Source of the DNA: Minisyncoccia bacterium
GTDB taxonomy: Bacteria > Patescibacteriota > Minisyncoccia > Phycocordibacterales > UBA9973
Direction: 5' to 3'
Length of the DNA stretch: 64,000 bases
Assembly: GCA_965656375.1 (NCBI GenBank)
Contig: CBFHKH010000001.1
Location: 644,291 to 708,290 of the forward strand
Positions 29,720-38,297 of the stretch are shown one piece after another. Position 1 is the first letter of the stretch. Each line of letters opens with the position of its first letter. Both the position numbers and the translations under genes were made by a program. The notes beneath the pieces are model-generated. The model did no database searches. It saw only the letters and a list, made by a program, of their open reading frames with translations, and was not told the DNA's origin.

Positions 29720-30709
29720 TTATGGAGTGTATTCAAATCCTAAGTGTTCGTATCCTTTTTGTGTAACAGTTCGGCCACGCGTAGTACGCTCTAGGAGTCC
29801 GAGCTGAATAAGATATGGTTCGATTACTTCTTCAATCGTTGCTTCCTCTTCACTTGTTGCAGCAGCAATAGTCTTGAGTCCTACTGGTCCACCATCAAAT
29901 TTTGAGATTATTACCTCAAGGATTCTTCTGTCAGAAGCTGAAAGTCCCAGTTCATCGATCTCAAGAAGTGCAAGAGCTTTTTTTACGGCATCTTTTGAAA
30001 GTGGCATCTTATGTACTTGTGCATAATCGCGACAACGCTTGAGGAAATAATTGGCGGTTCGAGGTGTGAATCGTGCACGGGACGCAATTTCATCGAGTGC
30101 ATCATCGTCGAGTGTAACTCCCAATATTTCTCCTGAACGTGCAAGAATTTTCTTTATCTCATCATGAGTATAGAATTCGAGTCGAAATACTCCGCCAGAA
30201 AAACGTGAACGAAGCGGGGAAGAGAGAAGTGCGATGCGAGTTGTAGCAGCGATGAGCGTAAAGGGTGGAAGCTCGAGCTGGATAGTACGGGCTGATGGGC
30301 CCTTGCCGATAATAATATCAAGAACACCGGACTCCATCGCAGGATAGAGAACTTCTTCAACCATTTTGTTGAGTCGGTGAATCTCGTCGATAAAGACAAT
30401 ATCGCCAGGAGCAAGATTGGTAAGTATTGAGGCGAGGTCCCCAACCTTTTCAATAGCAGGCCCCGATGTAATTTTGATCTGTCTCTTTGTTTCGCGAGCT
30501 ACAAGATGGGCAAGTGTAGTCTTACCGAGGCCTGGAGGACCATAAAAAAGTATATGTTCCGCAGGATGTGAGCGTTCTTCGGCTGCTGTAAGGAGAATTT
30601 TGAGGTTTGCCTTAATATTTTCTTGACCAATGTAATCATTCCAAACACTTGGACGGAGAGTTTGGTCCAGGAATCCCTCATCTTTTGTTGTGGAATCAAT
30701 GCTTGACAT
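29720..30709 (-). CDS. ruvB: Holliday junction helicase RuvB
   Basis: LRPS, GPPGLGKTT, DEIHRL, LYPAME and EPYLIQ motifs. Confidence 0.98.
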   Translation of the reverse strand: MSSIDSTTKDEGFLDQTLRPSVWNDYIGQENIKANLKILLTAAEERSHPAEHILFYGPPGLGKTTLAHLVARETKRQIKITSGPAIEKVGDLASILTNLAPGDIVFIDEIHRLNKMVEEVLYPAMESGVLDIIIGKGPSARTIQLELPPFTLIAATTRIALLSSPLRSRFSGGVFRLEFYTHDEIKKILARSGEILGVTLDDDALDEIASRARFTPRTANYFLKRCRDYAQVHKMPLSKDAVKKALALLEIDELGLSASDRRILEVIISKFDGGPVGLKTIAAATSEEEATIEEVIEPYLIQLGLLERTTRGRTVTQKGYEHLGFEYTP

Positions 30710-30977
30710 TATTTTTTTAGTATGCTATACTCTCTCTAGAAATAAATTATCTTGTTTTACTAAATTAGTATAGCATTTAAGTGAAGAGGACATAAATCTC
30801 TAAGCAATCAGCCCCGTGCTCTATATATGTGCGTAGGACGTTCTGGTTGTATTTATACGTACTGGGTCTATCCTGTAATCATACGTTACTTTAATTACGC
30901 ATGTTTTTAAAGGATTGTTTAGAGATTTATGTCCTTTTTTGTACCTCATTCTTTTAAAATTTAAAAACGTTTCAATT

Positions 30978-31457
30978 ATGAAAAAAATTCTGTTAATGCT
31001 CGTAATTTTTTCAATTTCTATTAATGAAGCTATATCTCAATTCACCGTCCGTGTTGGAGGCGGGGCAGTAATGGCCAAGAATTTTACCTACAAAGGAAAT
31101 CTTTTCCTGGACGTGGGCGCAGGGGTTATGTACAGAGACCATATGTACGTAAACCAACGTTTTTCAGTTGAAGGTAACATGCGGGTTACTTTGTCCGCTC
31201 GCAATTTTTCGAATATTGGAGGGGCTGTAACATACGGCCACCAAATGAAAAAGTGGACACTGTCAGCTGTTGTCGGTTATGCATATAATGTAATGTCCAG
31301 CAACAATGACAAAACTGAGAAAGATGTTAGCAATACCGTTTTTTCCTACGGAGGAAGGATAAGCTACAAAGATTTTTGGTATTTACAAGGAACAACCAGC
31401 ACTAATGCAGATCAAAAAAGGATTCAAATAGGGGCCGGCTTCCATTTCACCTTTTAA
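30978..31457 (+). CDS. Secreted protein resembling an outer-membrane beta-barrel
   Basis: Signal peptide MKKILL...AIS|Q, amphipathic beta strands, C-terminal GAGFHFTF. Start revised to 30978. Confidence 0.6.
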   Translation: MKKILLMLVIFSISINEAISQFTVRVGGGAVMAKNFTYKGNLFLDVGAGVMYRDHMYVNQRFSVEGNMRVTLSARNFSNIGGAVTYGHQMKKWTLSAVVGYAYNVMSSNNDKTEKDVSNTVFSYGGRISYKDFWYLQGTTSTNADQKRIQIGAGFHFTF

Positions 31458-31477
31458 AATTTTTAAAACTAAAAACA

Positions 31478-31505
31478 AAAAGCATCTCTTTATGAGATGC
31501 TTTTT
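31478..31505. terminator. Bidirectional terminator
   Basis: AAAAGCATCTC-TTTAT-GAGATGCTTTT between convergent genes. Confidence 0.75.
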
Positions 31506-31511
31506 ACTATC

Positions 31512-33212
31512 TTATTCTTCGTAGAAATCGACGACCGATCCAACTTCTGAATATGAGGTGATACCTTTGAGAACTTTTACAATGCCATCTTCACGCATAT
31601 CAAGCGAGCCTTGATTTTGCGCCACTTCCTTGATTTGGCGTTCGCTTGGATTCTGTGGAATGAGTGCTTCGATTGCTGCATCGTTGTGAATCGCTTCAAA
31701 GATTCCCATTCGTCCTTTGTAGCCAGTGTTATTGCATTCGAGGCATCCGACTGGCTCATATATCTTGATCGGAGCATTCATATCAACGCCATACGTATTG
31801 AAATCCTTTCCATGAGCCTTGGCATTATCAGCTACGCTTTTTATAATACGCATTTCTTCATCAGTAATCTTTTCTTCTTTCTTGCAATGGACGCAGAGTT
31901 TACGTACTAAACGTTGTGCGATTGAGAGCGACAATGCTGAAACAAGTATCTTTGGATTAACATCAAGGTCGATCAAGCGGGGGATAACACCCGCTGCATT
32001 GTTTGTGTGGAGGGTCGAGAAAACGAGGTGACCAGTAAGCGCAGATTCAACTGCGATCTTTGCTGTTTCTCCGTCTCGAATTTCTCCAACCATGATCACG
32101 TCAGGATCCTGACGAAGTGCAGAGCGTAGTCCTTCGAGGAATGTATAGCCTTTCTCGCTTTCTGTTTGGGTTTGGGTTATGCCCGCGAGGTGATATTCGA
32201 TCGGGTCTTCGATGGTGATGATCTTGATCTCTGTCGAATAAATCTTTTGGAGGAAAGAATAAAGCGTCGTAGTCTTACCGGAACCAGTCGGACCCGTAAG
32301 GAGTATCATTCCGTTTGGTTTCTTGATTTCACGCATAAATATCTCAAAAAGCTTTGACTCGATTCCCATATCTTCAAGTTTTACTTGGATAGATTTTGGA
32401 TTTAAGATACGCATCACGATTGACTCGCCGTATGCACCTGGAATGAGTGAGACGCGAAGGCTGATCTCATCTTTATCGAGAAATATACTGAAACGGCCAT
32501 CTTGGGCGATAGATTGCGCGGTAATTTTGAGACCGGAAAGGAGTTTAATGCGAGAATTTATGAACTTATGAATGACTGGAGGAATTTCCATTACGGTATG
32601 AAGAATTCCGTCGAGGCGAAAACGAAGGCGGACTGTATTTTCTTCAGGTTCGAAGTGAAGGTCAGATGCATTGATCGCGATAGCACCAGCAAGTGCGATC
32701 TCAAGGATATGCGATGTCATATGCGATTTATCTTTTTGTACTTCAATAATGGATTTCTTGATATCTTCGATATTTTTTATGTTTTCCATTATTCGCTTGA
32801 GAGATTCACCCGATATCCCCATGCTTCCTGCTTGTGACTCGGATGCATATGAGATTTCTTTGTAGCGATCCCATGCTTTCTCGAGACTCGCAAGTGATGC
32901 CATATAAAAGTGGGGAGTATACCCATGTTCTTGGTAGTACTCGGTCATTCTATCGAGTCTGTCCGGCTGTGGAGAATGCACTGCGATATGAACATCTTTA
33001 CCGAGCATTTTGAACGGCGCAACTTGTTCTTCCCGGGCATTTTTTTCGAGAATTGTGCGAAGAGCGTTGTTGTCTATGGGCATGCTTGCGAGGTTTACAG
33101 CAGGGATACCATATTTAGACTCTGCAAGAACTTGCACTAAGTCCTCTTCTTCTTGCCTTCGTAAATCAGCGAGATTTTTATCCTCTTTATCTTCATCAAA
33201 AATGACTGTCAT
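31512..33212 (-). CDS. pilB: GspE/PulE/PilB family pilus assembly ATPase
   Basis: GPTGSGKTTT, TIEDPIE, LRQDPDVIMVGEIRD, TGHLVFSTLH and two CxxC motifs. Start revised to 33212. Confidence 0.9.
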   Translation of the reverse strand: MTVIFDEDKEDKNLADLRRQEEEDLVQVLAESKYGIPAVNLASMPIDNNALRTILEKNAREEQVAPFKMLGKDVHIAVHSPQPDRLDRMTEYYQEHGYTPHFYMASLASLEKAWDRYKEISYASESQAGSMGISGESLKRIMENIKNIEDIKKSIIEVQKDKSHMTSHILEIALAGAIAINASDLHFEPEENTVRLRFRLDGILHTVMEIPPVIHKFINSRIKLLSGLKITAQSIAQDGRFSIFLDKDEISLRVSLIPGAYGESIVMRILNPKSIQVKLEDMGIESKLFEIFMREIKKPNGMILLTGPTGSGKTTTLYSFLQKIYSTEIKIITIEDPIEYHLAGITQTQTESEKGYTFLEGLRSALRQDPDVIMVGEIRDGETAKIAVESALTGHLVFSTLHTNNAAGVIPRLIDLDVNPKILVSALSLSIAQRLVRKLCVHCKKEEKITDEEMRIIKSVADNAKAHGKDFNTYGVDMNAPIKIYEPVGCLECNNTGYKGRMGIFEAIHNDAAIEALIPQNPSERQIKEVAQNQGSLDMREDGIVKVLKGITSYSEVGSVVDFYEE

Positions 33213-33413
33213 ATGAGCCTTATTATAGCGTACGGAGCCTATATATAGGTCCTTGACATTTGTCAAGCATTATGATATGATACTGGCAAATGGGTTTTCT
33301 CTAGTTAGTGATTGTTTCCACATGTTTTTCTCCGTTCCTGAGGAGAATATGTGGAAATAATCACTCAACATATAGAAAAATAAATTTTAAACAAATTTTA
33401 TAAACCCAACATT

Positions 33414-34370
33414 ATGAAGCACATTGTAATTATGATTTTAGCCCTCTTATTGTTGGGCAAATCAACAAACGCACAAGTTCAGAACAAAGGCCAATGGACC
33501 GTATTCGAAAACAATAAGTACCGTCCGACATTGGATGATATTGTTCAAATTGCCAAAGGTATGCCGCACATGAAGGATGGAGGCTACTACAAACTTAAGA
33601 ACGGAGAAAAATTTTGGGTTTTCTGTCCTGAAAAATGGACACCCTTAATGCAACAAATCCTATCAAAAGTAAAAGGGTCACCAGTGACCGATGTAGCAGC
33701 CGAGCTTGCCACAGGTAAGATCATACCCTGGGATGACAACATTTCAACGAAAACCCGCAACTACGCAGTTACAAATTGCAAAGTGTGGATTGTAGATGAA
33801 AATTATGGAGGAGGAGACGATGTTGACGGGTTGAATTACCTCGGATACATGGTTTTAAAAACCTTCCATGCATGTTGTAATCCTGAGGATCCTAAAATTG
33901 CAGCTTCCATTTCTGGTATTGCGAACGATATTCCTGGAGATTCTGTTGTGACTTTATATGGTTCGAATGGTCAACCCATTCAAATCACATTTAGTCCGCA
34001 AATAACAGTAAATGGTGGCGACGCTACCGCTACTGTAAATGGATCTGGAAATAGTACTAACGATATCAAAATTGAAACACCTGAGGAATCATTCGAAGGT
34101 GGCTCGACTGACTACAAAGACGAACCAGAAGATCGTCCAGTGTACAGGAAGGTTTGCAGGCCCCAACCGCAATTCGGACGGCCGGCACCAAGGTATGTAA
34201 AAGTATACAGACCTAAACCTCGTCCAATGTACCGTCAAAGACCGCAACAGCAACCAAGAGGGTATATGGGAAATCCACGTGCTGGAGTTACAACAACTAA
34301 CGGCCGTGGCTCTATGGGTGATGGTGCAGGAAGCAACAATGGCAACGAAGGTGGTAGCCGGGAAAACTAA
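33414..34370 (+). CDS. Secreted hypothetical protein with Pro/Arg/Gly-rich tail
   Basis: Signal peptide ..TNA|Q and low-complexity C-terminus. Upstream TTGACA-17-TATGAT promoter at 33253-33281. Confidence 0.7.
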   Translation: MKHIVIMILALLLLGKSTNAQVQNKGQWTVFENNKYRPTLDDIVQIAKGMPHMKDGGYYKLKNGEKFWVFCPEKWTPLMQQILSKVKGSPVTDVAAELATGKIIPWDDNISTKTRNYAVTNCKVWIVDENYGGGDDVDGLNYLGYMVLKTFHACCNPEDPKIAASISGIANDIPGDSVVTLYGSNGQPIQITFSPQITVNGGDATATVNGSGNSTNDIKIETPEESFEGGSTDYKDEPEDRPVYRKVCRPQPQFGRPAPRYVKVYRPKPRPMYRQRPQQQPRGYMGNPRAGVTTTNGRGSMGDGAGSNNGNEGGSREN

Positions 34371-34495
34371 TTTCTTTGTTCTTTGGGGTAAATAATGTAA
34401 GTGGAGAAAATATTTTTTCTCCCTTACTTTTTTAAGTCTTTAACGTCTCGAACACGTTGAAGGTTTAAAATTGTAAGTTTAATTAATAGTTTAGT

Positions 34496-36484
34496 ATGAA
34501 AAATTATATGAAAAAAATAATAGTCGGATTTTCAGCGCTTGCGCTCCTTTTCATCGGAGCAAATAGTGCAGTTGCTTCAGGGCCATTCAATGGTCAAGCT
34601 GGAGATTGTTCACCTACCATCGGAATAGGTAACTATTCTACTGGTAACATTCCACGTGACGGATATGGTTGCTGGACTGCGAGTTCTATAACAGCAGGCC
34701 CTGGCGACACTATCAATGTCGGAATGTATTATCATAACAATACGAATAGCACGCTTTCAAATGTGAGAGCAGTCGTTTCTCGATCTGGATCAGGTCCAGC
34801 AAATTCGTACTCATTTACAGGAACTCTTTCTTCAAGTCAGGGAACACAAACATTGGGTACAGTAACATTGAACCTTTCAAGTTCACAGACACTGACCTAT
34901 AGTTCTACACATCTTATGAAGGGGAAGAATGCAGTTCTTTCTGATACAGATACTTCTGTAGTAACAAATGAAGGAGGAATAGATATCGGCAGTGTCCCTC
35001 CAGGTTGGGATGATTATGGTACTGTTATCTTTGTTTACAAGGTTGGTACAAACAGTAATACAAATGACTGTGTCATCAACAACTTCACTATCAATGGTGG
35101 AAGTTCAACAAATATTTCATCAGGTAACTCTGCAACTCTTAACTGGAATACATCTGGTTGTACATCAGTAAACGTTTCAGGTCCGAACTTCTCAAGTTCA
35201 AGTCCAAGTGATTCACGAACAGTATATCCAAATTATTCAGGTGACTACACACTTACCGCATATAGCTCAACTGGAGGAACTCAAACTCGAACTGTCCATG
35301 TGTATGTAAATGACAACAATACGTACTGTACAATTTCAAACTTCACCGTTAATGGTTCGAGCACTGCAAATATCGCATCAGGTAGCCCTGTTACTCTTTC
35401 ATGGAGTACAAACGGATACAACTCAGTTACAGTTTCAGGTCCGAACTTCTCAAGTTCAAACCTAAGTGATACACGTACTATATACCCAAATATTTCTGGC
35501 CAGTATACTATCACAGCAAGCGGATCAAACTGTCAGAATAACTACCAGACTCGGGTGGTATATGTAAACGTAACTACTATTCAGCCACCAGTTATCAATG
35601 ATTGTGCAGTTACAACACTTGCGACAAATATTAATCAGAACTCTGCAATACTTAACGGTCTTCTTTCGAACTCAAGTGGTATCTCATACTTCCAGTACGG
35701 TACAACTGTTAACTTGGGCTCGCAGACAGTATCACGTGTAGGATCAGGTACATTTAGCGAAGTGATCACAGGTCTTCTTCCGAATACTATCTACTACTTC
35801 CGTTTCGTATCGCAGTGTGGAAACGGTCTCTCATACGGTCAAACACAGGTATTCCGTACACTCGGAGCAGTTACCACGACAACAAATACCGTACGTGTTG
35901 TTCAAGGTACAACAGTCATTGGTACACAGTCACCAATCATGCTTAAGATCGAAAACAGATACCAGCAGATCGGTGTAGGTGATATCGTTGATTACACAGT
36001 GACATACAAAAACATCGGTAAGACGCTTCTTACACGTCCAGTTCTTCAGGTCATCCTCCCACCAGGAATCACAGTTATAAACTCTTCACGAGGTACATAT
36101 GCAGCTGACACAAATACACTTACCGTTCAGCTCGAAGATCTCGTTCCAGGAGGTGAGGGAGTTGTATATCTACAGGGTCGCGTTGATCTCATCACATCTG
36201 GCGTTGCTCAGATCGTGACGACAGCAATCCTTGTCTATACAAGCCCAAGTGGTGCGCAAGAAAACGCAATTGCCTATGTGCTCAATAGTCCACGGGACAT
36301 TGGGAATGTGCTCGGTGCATCAGCTTTCTGGTCAGGTTTATGGAATATGGGTCTTATAGGATGGTTACTCCTTATTATCTTGATCCTTCTCATCATTCTC
36401 CTTACTCGAAGATACTATGGTAGTTCATCAGTCGTTCGTACGACAAATCCTGGAGGATCAAGTACAACAACTACTCATTACTAA
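34496..36484 (+). CDS. Cell-surface protein with repeated Ig-like domains, DUF11-like domain and C-terminal TM anchor
   Basis: Signal peptide; two internal repeats (NFTxNG...VSGPNFSSS, with a 28-bp exact DNA repeat near 35174 and 35432); GDIVDYTVTYKNIG. Confidence 0.8.
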   Translation: MKNYMKKIIVGFSALALLFIGANSAVASGPFNGQAGDCSPTIGIGNYSTGNIPRDGYGCWTASSITAGPGDTINVGMYYHNNTNSTLSNVRAVVSRSGSGPANSYSFTGTLSSSQGTQTLGTVTLNLSSSQTLTYSSTHLMKGKNAVLSDTDTSVVTNEGGIDIGSVPPGWDDYGTVIFVYKVGTNSNTNDCVINNFTINGGSSTNISSGNSATLNWNTSGCTSVNVSGPNFSSSSPSDSRTVYPNYSGDYTLTAYSSTGGTQTRTVHVYVNDNNTYCTISNFTVNGSSTANIASGSPVTLSWSTNGYNSVTVSGPNFSSSNLSDTRTIYPNISGQYTITASGSNCQNNYQTRVVYVNVTTIQPPVINDCAVTTLATNINQNSAILNGLLSNSSGISYFQYGTTVNLGSQTVSRVGSGTFSEVITGLLPNTIYYFRFVSQCGNGLSYGQTQVFRTLGAVTTTTNTVRVVQGTTVIGTQSPIMLKIENRYQQIGVGDIVDYTVTYKNIGKTLLTRPVLQVILPPGITVINSSRGTYAADTNTLTVQLEDLVPGGEGVVYLQGRVDLITSGVAQIVTTAILVYTSPSGAQENAIAYVLNSPRDIGNVLGASAFWSGLWNMGLIGWLLLIILILLIILLTRRYYGSSSVVRTTNPGGSSTTTTHY

Positions 36485-36489
36485 TAGCT

Positions 36490-36533
36490 AACAATAAAAT
36501 CCCCCTGACATATGTCAGGGGGATTTTATTGTT
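36490..36533. terminator. Intrinsic terminator (perfect palindrome)
   Basis: AACAATAAAATCCCCCTGACATATGTCAGGGGGATTTTATTGTT. Confidence 0.85.
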
Positions 36534-36548
36534 TACGATGGATATGAA

Positions 36549-36668
36549 TCCCGTTAGAGATTTGTTGTTAGGAACTTGTGATATAGTGTAAAGATAGATA
36601 TGGTTGATATATTACTTATGGCAATTAATAAGATACGGAAGACCAAAGGCTTCCTATCTCTAACGGGA
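36549..36668. mobile_element. MITE-like element, 120 bp
   Basis: Terminal inverted repeats TCCCGTTAGAGAT / ATCTCTAACGGGA flanked by TGAA direct repeats (36545-36548, 36669-36672). Confidence 0.6.
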
Positions 36669-37111
36669 TGAAAATGACTCTCGAAACAATTCCAGATATC
36701 GCACGATCTCTCCTAGAGAAAGCGATCGATATACAAACTGATGAAAGTACTCTTATTACTCTAGAGGGTGATCTTGGTGCTGGTAAAACTACGCTTACGC
36801 AACAGATTGCACGAGAGCTCGGTGTGAAAGCAAATCTTATCTCACCGACGTTTGTGATTATGAAAAAGTATGACCTGCCTGAGCAGGCAGGAGCAAGACA
36901 TAAGAAATTCAAGTACCTAGTTCATATTGATGTGTATCGACTCAGTAAAAGTGAAGAGTTACTCAAACTCGGATGGCTAGAAATTGTAAAAGAAAAAGAT
37001 ACCCTTATTATTCTCGAATGGCCGGAAAATGTGCCAGAATGTATCCCTACAAATGCTCTTAAAGTAAAGCTTACTCACCAAGATGACACTACTCGGGCGA
37101 TAGAATTTTAG
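36668..37111 (+). CDS. tsaE: tRNA t6A biosynthesis ATPase TsaE
   Basis: GDLGAGKTT, SPTF, HIDVYRL and LEWPE motifs. Confidence 0.95.
   Translation: MKMTLETIPDIARSLLEKAIDIQTDESTLITLEGDLGAGKTTLTQQIARELGVKANLISPTFVIMKKYDLPEQAGARHKKFKYLVHIDVYRLSKSEELLKLGWLEIVKEKDTLIILEWPENVPECIPTNALKVKLTHQDDTTRAIEF
36874..36891. repeat. 18-bp palindromic intragenic element (copy 1, LPEQAG)
   Basis: CCTGCCTGAGCAGGCAGG in frame within tsaE. Confidence 0.85.
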
Positions 37112-37187
37112 GATTGATTTTGTAGAAATTTGTGGTAGTATTGTCTGCAAAGTTTACTATCATTCTTCAAATCTAAATTTTAAAATT

Positions 37188-38237
37188 ATGAGCCTTTTAA
37201 AAAGTAAGGTCAGGTTGGCATTTTTTGTCTATCTGATGCCAGCAGTTATTTGTTGGTTGATTTTCAGGCTTGTGACTTTTATTTTAGAGCCAAGCCACAG
37301 TATTGAAAACAGCCTCATTGCATTTGCAGTATATATTGCACTCATCATCGGTTCTTTTATTGTTAGCTATATAATGGCAATATTTGAACTTTCAGCAAGT
37401 TGGGAGGTAAGATTCTTCTTCACATTGATTTCATGTATTTTATTCTTACCCATCATTTTAATTATAGCGCCAATCGCCGCAGCATGTATATGGGTAAGTT
37501 CAAAATTCAAGAATTCCAAATGGGGATGCAATATAACTTCAATACTCGGTCTTATTGCAATGTTTTCTGTATCTCTTTTTGTGAGGCAAAAAGGAAACGT
37601 GAAAGCATTCCGCAACGCAAAGAAAGGTATAGTTGTTTTCAATCACAGAAGTTCAGCTGATTACTTTATCACTGGGTTTATAGGACTTTTCAGAAATTGG
37701 CGCGCAATGATTGGAGCCAATCTATGGAATTGGAGAATCTTCCACTGGTTCTTTAATGCAGTTGGTGTTCCTATTGCTCGTGAAAAAGAAAAGGCAGATG
37801 AACGGGCAAAGGCTGTGAATATTTCAAAAGAGTTTTTGTCTTCGAAAGGTGAAGCAATCCTGATCCTGTATCCGGAAGGTACGAGAAATCGCGGTGAAGG
37901 GGTACTTTCGTTTCATAATGGAGCTTTCAGAATTGCATGCGATCTTTCTGTAGATATATATCCAATTGTACTTTTGAGAGCAGATATGTGGAGGAAACCT
38001 GGAAAGCAGAATACATCTTCTTTTGTAAAAAAGAAAAATATAAGTATGCGGTCAGTATTTCAAAAGGGAATTGGTCTCGTTAAAAGGATCTTTCAAGAAG
38101 GTATCAATCCTACAATTGTTAAGATGCATTATCTTGATCCAATTTCTCCGATAGGCAAAACATTTGAAGAATTGAAAATAGAAGTTCATAAAAAAATGTC
38201 TGATTTCTATTCTCTCTATTCGCAGGGGCATATATAA
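37188..38237 (+). CDS. Lysophospholipid acyltransferase (PlsC family) with extended N-terminal TM region
   Basis: NHRSSAD (HX4D) and YPEGTR motifs. Confidence 0.85.
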   Translation: MSLLKSKVRLAFFVYLMPAVICWLIFRLVTFILEPSHSIENSLIAFAVYIALIIGSFIVSYIMAIFELSASWEVRFFFTLISCILFLPIILIIAPIAAACIWVSSKFKNSKWGCNITSILGLIAMFSVSLFVRQKGNVKAFRNAKKGIVVFNHRSSADYFITGFIGLFRNWRAMIGANLWNWRIFHWFFNAVGVPIAREKEKADERAKAVNISKEFLSSKGEAILILYPEGTRNRGEGVLSFHNGAFRIACDLSVDIYPIVLLRADMWRKPGKQNTSSFVKKKNISMRSVFQKGIGLVKRIFQEGINPTIVKMHYLDPISPIGKTFEELKIEVHKKMSDFYSLYSQGHI

Positions 38238-38297
38238 AAATAAAAAGGCTATCCTATGGATGGCCTTTTTCAATACCTAAAATGCTATACTATATCT

